From NCBI GenBank assembly GCA_026770705.1, contig JANJGN010000557.1:186001-250000 (forward strand): DNA of 64,000 bases. Direction: 5' to 3'. A program made the position numbers and the translations under genes. How positions within the stretch are numbered: the stretch's first letter is position 1; each line of letters begins with the position of its first letter. Below, in pieces: positions 1 to 11,750 of this stretch. Under the pieces are notes generated by a model, which saw only the letters and a program-made list of their open reading frames with translations, was not told the DNA's origin and ran no database searches. This DNA comes from Isurus oxyrinchus. Lineage: Eukaryota.

Positions 1-349
1 TCTGTTCATTTGGACATTCAGATGTCATGGCAGGAATCAAGAAGCCCGTTCACAGGATTACCAACAGAAAGTGAACAACAATTTATACTTAATGGGAAGA
101 GAGTGCTGATTGGTTGGCAAGTGGTCTCTGATAGGTGGAGTTGTTGCCATGGAGAATGGTGTATGTGAGATGTAAAGTTTAGACAGCTTGTCTCTTCATT
201 CAGCAATAATCATATAAAGATCAATTAACTTCTATCGACTTTGAAGCACTTAGAGAGGCCTTAGAATGTGGATACTGAGAATGGGCTGCACTGTCAGAGG
301 GTCTGCGCTGAGGGAGTGCTGATGTAGAATGAAAGGTGTATGTAATTAC

Positions 350-646
350 CTTGCACAGTTAGTACGAGGGTCCGCTCCGATGAAACAGATGGATATCTCA
401 CTCTGCAGCTGAGAGTGTGTCCGTGGTGTTTGAGTGATGGGATCAGGGTCAGAACAGAAGTATAGGTCAGAGAGACACCATGCTGAGTTACAGTGTTTGA
501 GACTGATCCACGTACGTCAGTGGGAGTGTCCCAGGTTAAGACAGGTGCTGCTGTTCCATTGCATGTTGTGTTGAAGGTGCAGCTTACATCCACACGCTTT
601 CCTGCAATAATTTCAGCAGGGAATATCGTGGGTTTATCTGTGAAAT
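350..646 (-). pseudogene. Orphan Siglec C2-set Ig exon (gene B' copy, left arm of palindrome)
   Basis: 297-nt phase 1-1 exon with tag/gtaat sites. Encodes DFTDKPTIFPAEIIAGKRVDVSCTFNTTC...LSCRVRYPSVSSERTLVLTVQ, nearly identical to the gene A exon at 46088-46384. No V or leader exon upstream in the palindrome spacer. Confidence 0.8.
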
Positions 647-1266
647 CTAACACACAGAGAATGGATCCTTTTAGAGAAATATAACGTGAAGCATCAGTTC
701 AAATAGGAACCACAGTCCCACAAGAGAAAGCACATTTACAAGGATGATATCAGAACTGAGAGGTTACAATGATCATTAAAGAATTGTCTATTTTTACACT
801 TGTTGAATCTCTGTCACTCAGATTAATACACTCTCACTCAGTGACCCTTGATTTGACCAGACTGGGTGAGGGTGGAGGAACAGCTCACAGCTCGGGGAGA
901 GCAGACTCAGCATTTGGAAAAGGATATAGAGACACTGGAGAGGGTGGTAAAAAGCTTCACAAGGATGATCTTGTTTTGGTTTCAGATTTCCAGCATCCAC
1001 AGTATTCTGCTTTTAACTCCAATCTCTGGTCTGAGCCTCTTCTCTCATCCAGTGTTCTCAATTCACATGTCTCGGAGTGAACGTGTATTAAGCTGAGAGA
1101 CAGAAACACTACTGCCAAAGAGCAAGAAAATCTTTCCTGATCGTTGTAACCTCTCAGTTCTGATATCATCCTTGTAAAAGTGCTTTCTCTTGTGGGACTG
1201 TGATTTCTATTTGAACTGATGCTTCACGTTATATTTTTCTAAAAGGATCCATTCTCTGTCTGTTAG

Positions 1267-1563
1267 ATTTCACAGATAAACCCACGATATTCCCTGCTGA
1301 AATTATTGCAGGAAAGCGTGTGGATGTAAGCTGCACCTTCAACACAACGTGCAATGGAACAGCAGCACCTGTCTTAACCTGGGACACTCCCACTGACGTA
1401 CCTGGATCAGTTTCAAACACTGTAACTCAGCATGGTGTCACTCTGTCCTATGCTTCTGTTCTGACCCTGATCCCATCACTCAAACACCACGGACACAATC
1501 TCAGCTGCAGAGTGAGTTATCCATCTGTTTCATCGGAGCGGACCCTCGTACTAACAGTGCAAG
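1267..1563 (+). pseudogene. Siglec C2-set Ig exon of gene B
   Basis: 297-nt open exon, ttag/gtaat boundaries, paralog of the gene A C2 exon including the extra Cys (CTFNTTC). Confidence 0.82.
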
Positions 1564-1701
1564 GTAATTACATACACCTTTCATTCTACATCAGCACTCC
1601 CTCAGCGCAGACCCTCTGACAGTGCAGCCCGTTCTCTGTATCCACATTCTAAGGCCTCTCTAAGTGCTTCAAAGTCGATAGAAGTTAATTGATCTTTATT
1701 T

Positions 1702-1885
1702 GATTATTGCTGAATGAAGAGACAAGCTGTCTAAACTTTACATCTCGCACACACCATTCTCCATGGCAACACCTCCACCTATCAGAGACCACTTGCCAAC
1801 CAATCAGCACTCTCTTCCCATTGAGTATAAATTGTTGTTCACTTTCTGTTGGTAATCCTGTGAACGGGCTTCTTGATTCCTGCCA
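1702..1885 (+). mobile_element. Foreign, probably LTR-derived fragment with CCAAT and TATA boxes; replaces the acceptor and 5' half of an Ig exon
   Basis: Similarity to the gene A intron stops at TTTATTTG (about 1701) and resumes mid-exon at about 1887. The insert contains CCAATCAGC followed by GTATAAAT. Confidence 0.45.
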
Positions 1886-2039
1886 TGACATCTGAATGTC
1901 CAAATGAACAGAACAAGTTCCAACAATGAGCTGTGGTTGGTGATTCCTCATGTTACATCCAGGGACACTGGAGACTATCAGTGTGTGGCAGAGAAAGAAC
2001 ATGGAGCAGTGGATGGGTTCATAACCATCAGTGTGGAAC
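1886..2039 (+). pseudogene. 5'-truncated Ig (stalk) exon of gene B
   Basis: HLNVQMNRTSSNNELWLVIPHVTSRDTGDYQCVAEKEHGAVDGFITISVE followed by a gtgag donor. An in-frame TGA at 1886-1888 replaces the CGA seen in gene A copies, and the first Cys and acceptor are missing. Confidence 0.85.
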
Positions 2040-3708
2040 GTGAGTTACACAGACTTCAACAACTCTCTCAGATTCGAACACGACACAAACACCATCGAAC
2101 ATACACACCTAAATAGACACGTGCAGACACACATATATGACCACACACAAAGACACACTCACATACAAACACTAACACTCACTCCCTCATGGGTTACCTG
2201 ACCTCCCTCAGTACTGCACTGGAGAGTTGGCCTGAAATCTGGGATTTGTGTTCCCATTCATATTTATGGAAGAATATGGAAATTACTATTACAGACACTC
2301 AGATGCATAGAGACACTCACAGATACTCTCTGCGTCTCCAACTCTCTCTCTCCTTTTAAGAAGCTTCCTGAAACCTAACCCTTTGATGAATCACCAACCC
2401 AACTCTTCCTTATCTGATTCTGTGTGATTTTCTTTGTGTATCTGAGAGTAAGAGAGAGTTGGAGAGGTTTAGGAAGAGAATTCCTGCTGGTGAAAAGCTT
2501 ACATAATGTTCTCACTATTTCCGTGCACATAATTCCCATTATGTGCAATGCCCCTGTTTATAATGATGACTGCCTATGTAAACGTCACGCTGTAGTTACA
2601 GCCTCCCACCAGTGGTGGCATTGTAGCCCTTAATCCTTGTGTTTCCCAGCTTTCCCAGCAACTCTACTTCCCAGTTTGCGACACAAGCTGTGAGTTCATC
2701 GGAATTCAATTATTTCTCAAACGGTAGATTTGATGTCATTTTATTGAAAACTTCCTCAGCGCCTCCCTGAAGGGTTTACACTCTCCGGGAAGCAGGAATA
2801 GGCTGGATGTTGGGGAGTTCATCTTTTCCTAGAGAGTAGGGATCCTCGGGAATGTGCTGTCAGTGGGTGTGGTGGTTGCTGTTTCTCTGTCACCTTCAAG
2901 AGGGATCTGGAGTGGTTACTGACTGGGGGAGAGATCATGGAAACGGAGAATGATACAGCACAGGAGGAGGCCATTCAGCCCATTGAGCCTGTGCCAGGTC
3001 TTTCAATGTTCTATCCCATCAGATCCACTAACCACCACTCCACTTTGCACCCATTTTCCTCCTTCAAGTGTTTATCCAATTTCCCTTTTGAAAGTTCCTA
3101 TTGAATCTGCTTCCACTGCCCTTTCAGGCAGCACCTTCCAGATCACAACAACTCGCTCTGTCAAAACAAATTCTCCTCATCTCCCCCTCCGGTTCGTCAA
3201 TCTGTGTCCCTCTGGTTACCGACCCTCCTGCCCCTTAAATACATCGATACTGTTCACATCACACACTCCCAGTGGGAGCGAGTTCCACATTCTCCCCTCT
3301 CTCTGGGTAAAGATTGGAACTGTTTATTAAGCGGGGGGTGTAAGTCCGTGGGGGAGTCCATCTCGATCCTGCCCGATTCGCACACGCGTCCGAGATGGAT
3401 TTCCACCCTGCACTAAACGTTTCCAGAATTTTCTACAGCACAATCCTGTACACAGCGATGGAGAGAAACATTGGACAGGGAGTCCAACAGCACAATGATC
3501 CATTCTCACCAATGTTCCACGCTAAGGGGAAAGTTGCGATTGTCCACTCTTAGAGTGTTTACAATGAAAACATTCATTCCACATTGAATCCCAGTGGATG
3601 GGTCAATATTACAGCAAATGTTGCAGTGATATGAAGCTTGATTGTTCAGCCAGAGTGAGAGATTGAAAGCGGAGAGTCAGTGATGATTTCTTTCTGTGTG
3701 TTCTCTAG

Positions 3709-3828
3709 ACAGTGGAGGAGAGATTCTGCACGTGATCCTGATCCTGGGAATACGAGCTGTGATATTCCTTGTGGCTGTGGTTATCACTATCACTGGAGTC
3801 TGTGTCTGGGAGAGACAAACAGTGAAAG
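3709..3828 (+). pseudogene. Transmembrane exon with intramembrane Arg (activating type), gene B
   Basis: Polypyrimidine acceptor ttctctag, phase 1 matching the preceding Ig exon. Encodes SGGEILHVILILGIRAVIFLVAVVITITGVCVWERQT, Arg codon at 3753-3755. Donor is ambiguous: ACA|gtgaaa at 3821, or degenerate AAG|gaagt at 3828. Confidence 0.75.
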
Positions 3829-3859
3829 GAAGTTTAAAGCTTTGCACAGCAACAATCTC

Positions 3860-4460
3860 ATCATGGAACAGAAGAACGGCATTCGGCCCATCGACTCCAT
3901 GCTGTCTCTCTGTAAAGCAATCCAGTCAGTCCCATTCCCCCGCTCTATCCCCGTATCCCTGCAAGGTTATTTCCCCTCAAGTGTCCATCCAATTTCCTTT
4001 TGAAATCGTTCATCGTCTCCGCTTCCACCATCCTCGTAGGCAGAGAGTACCAGCTCATTACCACTCGCTGTGTAAAAAAGTTCCTCCTCAAATCCCCCCT
4101 CTGCCCAAAACCTTCAATCTGTGTCCCCCAGTCCTTGTCCCATCAGCTAATGGCAACAGCTTCTCTTTGTCTGCCTTATCTAAACCCATCATCATCTTGT
4201 ACACCTCGATCAGATCCCCCCTCAATCTCCTTTGCTCCAAGGAGAACAACCCCAGCTTCTCCAACCCAACCTTGTAGCTAAAATCCCTCATCCCTGGACC
4301 CATTCTGCTCAATCTCCTCCCCACCCTCTCAAGGACCCTCACTTCCTTCCCAAAGTGAGGAGACCAGAACTGGACACAATACTCTAGTTGTGACCTAACC
4401 AGAGCTTTATAAATGTTCAGCATAACCTCCCTGTGTTTGTACTCAATCCCTCAATTTATG
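3860..4460 (-). mobile_element. CR1-type LINE 3' fragment
   Basis: ORF 4088..4423: YKALVRSQLEYCVQFWSPH...LGLFSLEQRRLRGDLIEVYK, typical CR1 ORF2 C-terminus. Confidence 0.88.
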
Positions 4461-4479
4461 AAAAGCTTATTCTTTCCAG

Positions 4480-4830
4480 CAGCACAAACAGCAATTTCCA
4501 AGCGGACTCCCATCAGCAGACAGAGTGCAATGAAACATCGGCATGCCTGCTTCTTAATGTACGGAGAGAAACCTGGAACGAGAGATTCTCCTTCTTCTCC
4601 TCAGCAAGCTGAAACTTTTCCTTATACCTGGTGCTCCCCAGTCCTGCTGTGTGGACACATCATAACCACGGCATTGTCTGGCTGTGTGCAGCCAACATGG
4701 TTGAATAGGAATGAACAGAAATGTGACGTTGCTAAACTCTGTTCTCTGATTGGAATGTGCTTTCTGAATGCTGCACCTTTTTCATGCTGCGATAGATTGT
4801 AAGAAGCATTTGGCTTATGAATAAAATTAT
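4480..4830 (+). other. Probable terminal exon of gene B (short cytoplasmic tail plus 3'UTR)
   Basis: Acceptor ttctttccag. Phase 0 gives QHKQQFPSGLPSADRVQ*. 4680-4760 is similar to the gene A 3'UTR (32340-32400). AATAAA at about 4820. Confidence 0.5.
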
Positions 4831-5169
4831 ATTGATTAACTCAAGTGATTAAAATGCTCAGCCTGTTCTGTAGATATTTAGAGATTAAAATTCTTATTTT
4901 GCTGCAAAATTCTTGGCTCAAAGACATTACTTCATGTTGTCACGTTTTCCAATCAGATGAATTCCTCTGTCCATCTTTATAATAGAAATTTCCAATGTAA
5001 ACATGTCACATTGTAGCTGCACACTCTTGCCAGTGGGTGGTGTGATATCAAAGCTGTCTTGCTGCTGAGAAACAGCGAGAAATATTCCTGTTGTGTGCAT
5101 GAACTTCATGTTAGCATGAGACACAGGCATCAGATGCAATTTTGTGAAACTTGTACAATGTTCTTTAGA

Positions 5170-5587
5170 CAGCGCAGCACTCCCTCAGTACTGACCCTCC
5201 AACAGCGCAGCACTCCCTCAGTTCAGACCCTCCTACAGTGCAGCACTCCTTCAGATCAGACCCTCCGACAATGCAGCACTCCCTCAGTTCAAACCCTCCG
5301 ACAGTGCAGCACTCCCTCAGTTCAGACCCTCCGACTTTGCAGCACTCCCTCAGTTCAAACCCTCAGACAGTGCAGCACTCCCTCAGATCAGAACCTCCGA
5401 CAGTGCAGCACTCTCTCAGTTCAAACCATCCGACAGTGCAGCACTCCCTCAGTTCAAACCCTCCGACAGTGCAGCACTCCCTCAGTTCAGAGCCTCCAAC
5501 AGTGCAGCACTCCCTCAGCTCAGACCCTCCGACAGTGAGGCACTCCCTCAGTACTGAACCTCCGACAGTGCTGCACTACCTCAGTAC
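5170..5587. repeat. 33-bp minisatellite (CAGTGCAGCACTCCCTCAGT..GACCCTCCGA)
   Basis: About 12 tandem units; source of the repetitive ORFs. Confidence 0.92.
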
Positions 5588-5685
5588 TTCTCCGCCGATG
5601 CTGCCAGACCTGCTGAGTTTTTCCAGGTATTTCTGTTTCTGTTTTTGTTTTGGATTTCCAGCATCTGCAGTTTTTTTGCTTTTAG
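5588..5685 (+). mobile_element. Penelope-derived 3' terminal fragment
   Basis: TTCTCCGCCGATGCTGCCAGACCTGCTGAGTTTTTCCAGG matches the Penelope termini at 41465-41520 and 39200-39290. Confidence 0.7.
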
Positions 5686-6699
5686 TGCTGGGCAGTTCCT
5701 CAGCAAGGATTCGGGCCACAAAACATTGCGAGTGCTGTGGGTCTGCGCCACGATTTAGAGAGCTGTGCTTGGCACGCCTATTCTAGTCCCAGTCCAGTGT
5801 GGTGGGGAGAGTCTGGCAGTCCTGGGTTGGTCGTGCCCAGCATGGTGTGAGTGACGTGGTCAGTCCCTCACACACGTCGGTCCTGGGGGTGGGTGGCTTG
5901 ATACTAGGCCGCAGGTGGCACAATCCCAGTCAGGGGAGGCATCTGCAGCCTGTCAGTGGGGAGCAGGTAATATAGAGAGTAGGGGTGGGGGTGGGAATCG
6001 AGGGGGGCCGGTGGTCTCTGTAAGTCACAGTACAATGGGCCTCTAGTTGGAGAGAGGTCAGGTCTACATGGGGCATTGGGATGTCAACATCAGACAGTCT
6101 AGGGAGGAGGACTGGGATGTCAACCCCGAACACAATAAGATCAAGGATTAGAGAGGAAGGGAGGAGACTGATTGGAAGGAGGGGAATGTGCACATTATGC
6201 TCCTCCAGCACGATGGGAGGGACTGTGATGGTTACAGGGGTGGGGGGGGGGGTGACGTGTGAGGGGATAGACGCTTACCTGGTGGTATTGCCTCAGCCTC
6301 ACCCTTTTTCAAGCTGATCCAATGTCGCAGTTGAAGAATAAGCTACAAAACAAATTGGCAGGGGAGGTCTCCCAGGGCCTGTGGGAGACATCACCCACTG
6401 CATCTTCGGCCTGTTTGAAGGGGCACCCGAACAATTCCAGCTTTTCCAAATGATGAGGAAGACACAGCTGCACCCCGAGTCCCCTACTGGGGATCCAGAA
6501 GGTTGCAATAGCGCTGCGAGGGACTCATGGGTTCCACAGTGACTCCCTAATTAGCGACTGGAAGGTTTATGTTCATTTATCTTTATTATCCGTTCATATT
6601 GAGCAATGGAGCTCCTGATTTGTCACCTTTCTGTACCTCGTCCAATGCTTCTGTTATCAGGACTTCCACATCGATGTGAAAGAGCCATGATGATAGCAG

Positions 6700-6830
6700 A
6701 CAGTCGCACCATGGGAATGGCACTAGGCCAGTGATCCAGAGGCCCAGGTGAATGCTTTGAAGGCACGGGTTCAAATCCCACCACGGCAGCTGGAGGAATT
6801 TCAATTCGATTAATCAATAAATTTAATTGA
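6700..6830 (+). mobile_element. tRNA-derived SINE head fragment
   Basis: B-box-like GGTTCAAATCCC; a related copy lies in reverse orientation at about 17270-17370. Confidence 0.55.
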
Positions 6831-7084
6831 TTGATACATTTTTTTCTTATTCATTTCAGGGATGTTGGTGTCGCTGACTCGGCCAGTATTTGTTGCCCAT
6901 CCCCATTTGCCTTTGAGAACATATGGATATCTGAGTTAGGATCAGGAGTAGGTCACTCAGCCCCTCGAACCTGCTCCGCCATTCAGTAAGATCATGGCTG
7001 ATCTGATTGTCACCTCAACCTCACATTCCTGCCTACCCCCAATGACCTTTCACCCCATTGTTAATCAAGAATCTATCTAGCTCT

Positions 7085-7410
7085 GTGGAAGGGGAGCCAA
7101 TCAATCGGGCTGCTTTGTCCTGGATGGTTTCGAGCTTCTTGAGTGTTGTTGGAGCTGCACTCATCCAGGCATGTGGAGAGTATTCCATCACACTCCTGAC
7201 TTGTGCGTTGTAGATGGTGGACAGGCTTTGGGGAGTCAGGAGGTGAGTTACTGTCTGCAGGGTTCCCAGCCTCTGACCTGCTCTTGCAGCCACAGTGTTT
7301 ATATGGCTGGTCCAGTTCAGTTTCTGCTCAATGGTAACTCCCAGGATGTTGATATTGGGGGATTCATTGATGGTAATGCCATTGAATGCCAAGGGGCGAT
7401 GGTTATGAAT
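7085..7410 (-). mobile_element. CR1/L2-superfamily LINE RT C-terminal fragment
   Basis: NILGVTIEQKLNWTSHINTVAARAGQRLG...YNAQVRSVMEYSPHAW...IQDKAARLI. Confidence 0.85.
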
Positions 7411-7964
7411 GGTCTGTGGGATATTCTGGTACAAAATTTCAACACTCGGACTCCAGATGCAATATTCAAGTGGTTCCTTTATTAGGCATGTGGGGAGCAA
7501 ACGCTGGGCAGTACAGGCGCTTCTCCACCGAGGTTCAAATGAGCACAGTTTATATATTTTTTACTCTCAGTTACAAGGTAATGGTATTAGTTAGACAAAG
7601 GCCACAGCACAATGACCCTCCGGTGGGCTGATAATTGTGTTCTTGTTCAGTAATTACAGGGCAGAGACTGGCTATTGTCCTTTTGAGACAGCAAAGAATC
7701 TATGTTTGTTCGATACAAAAGGTTACCGGAGGCTGACTGGATGTGGTTCAAGGCCATCGGACGGTGTGAAATAACCTTCCCCATTTCTTGATTGAGTCAC
7801 CCTGTGTCCTTGTGTGTGTCTCCCATTTCCTCATTGCAAATTTCCAACTGAGCCCTTAGTACAGGTTTTTAAGTTTTCACGTAAGGATGTGTACGCTTTG
7901 GCGCCCTAGCTGCTGGTCCTGGCTGGCTCTTGAACGTAAATCCAAATTTTCTGCACCTTCAATT

Positions 7965-9030
7965 AGATTCTCTCTTGTTGGAGCTGGTCATTGCCTGGTA
8001 CTTGTGTGGCATGAATGTTACTTGTCACCTGTCAGCCCAAGCCTGGATGTTGTCCAGGTCTTGCTGCATTTGGACATAACTTGCTTCAGTATCTGAGGAG
8101 CCGTGAATGGTGCTGAACATTGTGCAAACATCAGCAAACATCCCCACTTCTGACCTTATGATGGAAGGAAGGTCATTGATGAAGCAGTTGAAGATGTTTG
8201 AGCCTAGGACACTACCCTGAGTAACTCCTGCAGTGATGTCCTGGAACTGAGATGATTGACCCCCAACAATCACAACCATCGTCCTTTGTGCTGGGTACGA
8301 CTCCAAGCAGCGGAGAGTTTTCCCCCGATTCCCATTGACTCCAGTTTTGCTCGGGCTCCTTGTTTTGCCACACTCAGTCAAATGCTGCCTTGATGTCAAG
8401 GACAGTCCCTCTCACCTCTGGAGTTCAGCTCATTTGTGCATGTTTGAACCAAGGCTGTAATGAGGGCAGGAGCTGAATGATCCTGGTGGAACACAAACTG
8501 AGCGTCAGTGAGCAGGTTCTTGGTAAGCAGGTGCTGCTTGCAAGCGCTGTTGATGACCCCTTCCATCACTTTAGTAATGATCAAGAATAGACTGCTGGGG
8601 AATTGGCTGGGTTGGATTTGTCCTGCTTTTTGTGTACAGGACGTACCTCATAGCCGGGTAGTTGCCAGTGTTGCAGCTGTACTAGAAAATTCCAGAAAAG
8701 CTTGGCTAGGGGCGCAGCAAGTTCTGGAGCACAAGTCTTCAGTACTATTGCCAGAATATTTTCAGGGTCTGGAGCATTTACAATATCCAGTGCCTTCAGC
8801 CCTTTCTTGATGTCACGTGGAATTAATCGAATTGGCTAAAGATTGGCATCTCTGATGCTGGGGACCTCAGGAGGAGGCCGAGATGGATCACCCACTCAGC
8901 ACTTCTGGCTGAAGATTGTTGCGCATGCTTCAGTCTTGTCTTTTGCACCGATGTGCTGGGCTCCTCCATCATTGAGGATGGGGATATTTGTGGAGCCTCC
9001 TCCTCCAGTGAGTTGTTTAATTGTCCACGA
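7965..9030 (-). mobile_element. CR1/L2-superfamily LINE RT fragment (degenerate)
   Basis: GVTQGSVLG...FINDLPSIIRSEVGMFADVCT (RT core, FADD-like), broken by frameshifts. Confidence 0.85.
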
Positions 9031-10894
9031 CTGGATGTGACATCTGGAATGCGAAGCTAGTCTCAGTAATGGTGACCATGAAACTAAGGCCAATTGTTGC
9101 AAAAACCCATCTGGGTCACTAATGCCCTTTGGGGAAGGAAACCTGCCGTCCTTACCCATTCTGGCCTACGTGTGACTCCTGACCCACAGCAATGTGGTTG
9201 ACTCTTAACTGGCCCCTGAAATGGCCGAGCAAGCCACTGAGTTATATCAAAACCCGCCACAGACCAGTCAAACCAGGTGAACTGCAGCACTTCGAAAAGG
9301 CAGCTCAGCACCCCCTTCTCAAGGGGTCAGTCAGGAACAGGTAACAAACGCTGTCCACATCCCGTGAAAGAATTTTGGTAAAAAGGTAGCCGTGTATCAC
9401 CACCCACGGCCAGCGCCAACCCCCCCACCCCTACCTGATTGCACCAGTTTCAGATTACACCAGGTCAATGAACGGATAGAAACTCAAACCAATGAGATGA
9501 GCACAGAGAAGGATCAAGCCAGAGAGAGTTGGTGGGAAGAATTGGGAAAGCAACAAAAAAGGCAGAGCGGACACTAACACTATAACAAAGTAAAGACCAG
9601 AGGAGGAAGGAAGCAAGTGTGAAGAGGAATTGAGAGCAGAGCTGGTAGGCTGCTTGTCGAAGCCAAGGAACCTCCATAGGGCACATCCACAGTGCTGTTG
9701 GGGAGGGTGATACATGATTTTGACCCAGGATCATCAAGTGTTGCACTGGCAGAGCCTTTAAAGTAAAGGGACCTTTACTACCCATGCACCCCCCCGCCCT
9801 ACAAAGCTGTTGACCTGCTGAGTCCAGCTGTACAGGCAACCTCCAGACAGTTGGCTACAGAGGCCATTGCAGCTGCTGAATATGACTTCCAGTTTCAAAC
9901 CCTTCATGAATGCAAGGATGGAGAATTCAGCAGGAATATTCCTGCACACCCTGTGGCAGATCCTGTAAATAAAAGGGACCTTCACTCACTCCCCAAAGCT
10001 GCTGACCTGCTGATTCACATCTACAGGCAACCTCCAAATAGTCAACTAGAGAAGACAACGCAGCTGCTGAATGTGACTCCTAGTTTTAAACCCTTCACTC
10101 TGGAAAGAAGGAATCCAGTGCAATGGCCTCAGTATGATTCTTCACAGAAACTGATTTTAAATCTCATCTCTAAGTATTATTTTTCCTTTGCTTACATTTT
10201 AATCCATGCACCTGATGGCTTTATCGCTTCAACTTAAATAACTTTCAGCAGGAGCCAGGTTCAAATTGAATGGACAAGCTGGCTTGGGGGGCCAAAAGGC
10301 CTACTCCTGCTTCTGTTTATTTATGTTGGTGTTGTTATGTAGTGGAACTAGAGAGGTTATAGCAGTTATGAGAACATTAAGCAAACAGCAGCAAGAATTG
10401 AACACCTACGTTGTGGTTTATGAAAAGGTTTTCAACCTGGTCAACTGGTAAAATCTGTTGAAAGTGGGCTATCATGGCGTGTGCCCTTTGTGTGATATTT
10501 GTAACAACGTTCTCGATGTCGGAACAGCTTGCATTGAACAAAGCTGATCTTTACCCAGAACTTCAGAGGAAGGGGGGACAATTGTTCCCTGGTGTGGGGG
10601 GGCATGGTTGGGGGGGAGGGTGAGGGGGAGACAAGTAGCCTGAAATACCAAGCCAGACACTTTGTGAAGACAAAAGTTGTTTATTCATGTTTTTTTACAA
10701 ATCATAATCTTTACAATTAAAGTCCCGACAAGATGATGGTGAATCATGAACACATTGTCGGGGTGAATCTGTGCCCGGGAGCATAAAGCAGCAAAATCAG
10801 GAGCCCGCTTTACATCTCTCTGAATTTTAACTATCATTAACCCCAGTTACATCCATTCAAATGACTTAGTCATAAGATTCCTCACACATTCACT

Positions 10895-11353
10895 TGCACA
10901 CTCACACACCCACACCCACACAGACACACTGACACACTCACTCATTCACATTGACACACACTGACACAGTCACACACACCCACACAGACACACTGACACA
11001 CTCACTCATTCACATTGACACACACTGACAGTCACACACACCCACACAGACACACTGACACACTCACTCATACACATTGACACACACTGACACAGTCACA
11101 CACACCCACACAGACACACTGACACACTCATTCATTCACATTGACACACACATATTGACAGTCACACACACCCACACAGACACACTGACACACTCACTCA
11201 TTCACATTGACACACACTGACAGTCACACACACCCACACAGACACACTGACACACTCACTCATTCACATTGACACACACTGACACAGTCACACACACCCA
11301 CACAGACACACTGACACACTCATTCATTCACATTGACATACACATATTGACAG

Positions 11354-11388
<35 letters not shown>

Positions 11389-11390
11389 CA
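10895..11390. repeat. CA-rich tandem repeat (about 58-60 bp unit)
   Basis: Repeating ACACACCCACACAGACACACTGACACACTCACTCATTCACATTG. Confidence 0.88.
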
Positions 11391-11574
11391 TAAAGACAGA
11401 CACAAACACAGTCACGTGAGGTGAATAGTGTCGATGTATTTAAGGGGAAGCTGGATAAACACACGAGGGAGAAATGAATAGAAGGATATGGTGATGGGGT
11501 GAGATGGAGAAGGGGTGGGCGGAGACTCGTGTGGAGCAGAAACACCAGCACGGAGCAGATGGGCCAAATGACTC

Positions 11575-11750
11575 TCTGACAATGCAGCACACCCTCAAAA
11601 CTCACCCTCCAAGAGTGCAGCACTCCTTCAAGACTGACCCTCTAACAGTGCAGCACACCCTCAGTACTGACCCTCTGACAGTGCAGCACACCCTCAGTAC
11701 TGACCCTCTGACAGTGCAGCACACCCTCAATACTGACCCTCCGACAGCTC
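11575..11750. repeat. 33-bp minisatellite
   Basis: Same unit as 5170-5587. Confidence 0.85.

Larger units (their letters stand above)
1..1912. repeat. Large inverted repeat: arms about 1-775 and 1138-1912, spacer about 360 bp; probably continues past the window start
   Basis: Position 1 TCTGTTCATTTGGACATTCAGATG is the reverse complement of about 1889-1912. Mirrored ORFs 18..206(-)/1707..1895(+) and mirrored C2 exons. Confidence 0.92.

Noticed and set aside
5170-5587. CRISPR-like look of the 33-bp and 32-bp arrays
   Set aside because: Units are contiguous with no unique spacers, there are no cas genes, and the context is vertebrate.
6700-6830. tRNA gene candidate (GGTTCAAATCCC)
   Set aside because: No complete cloverleaf, and it recurs as part of a SINE.
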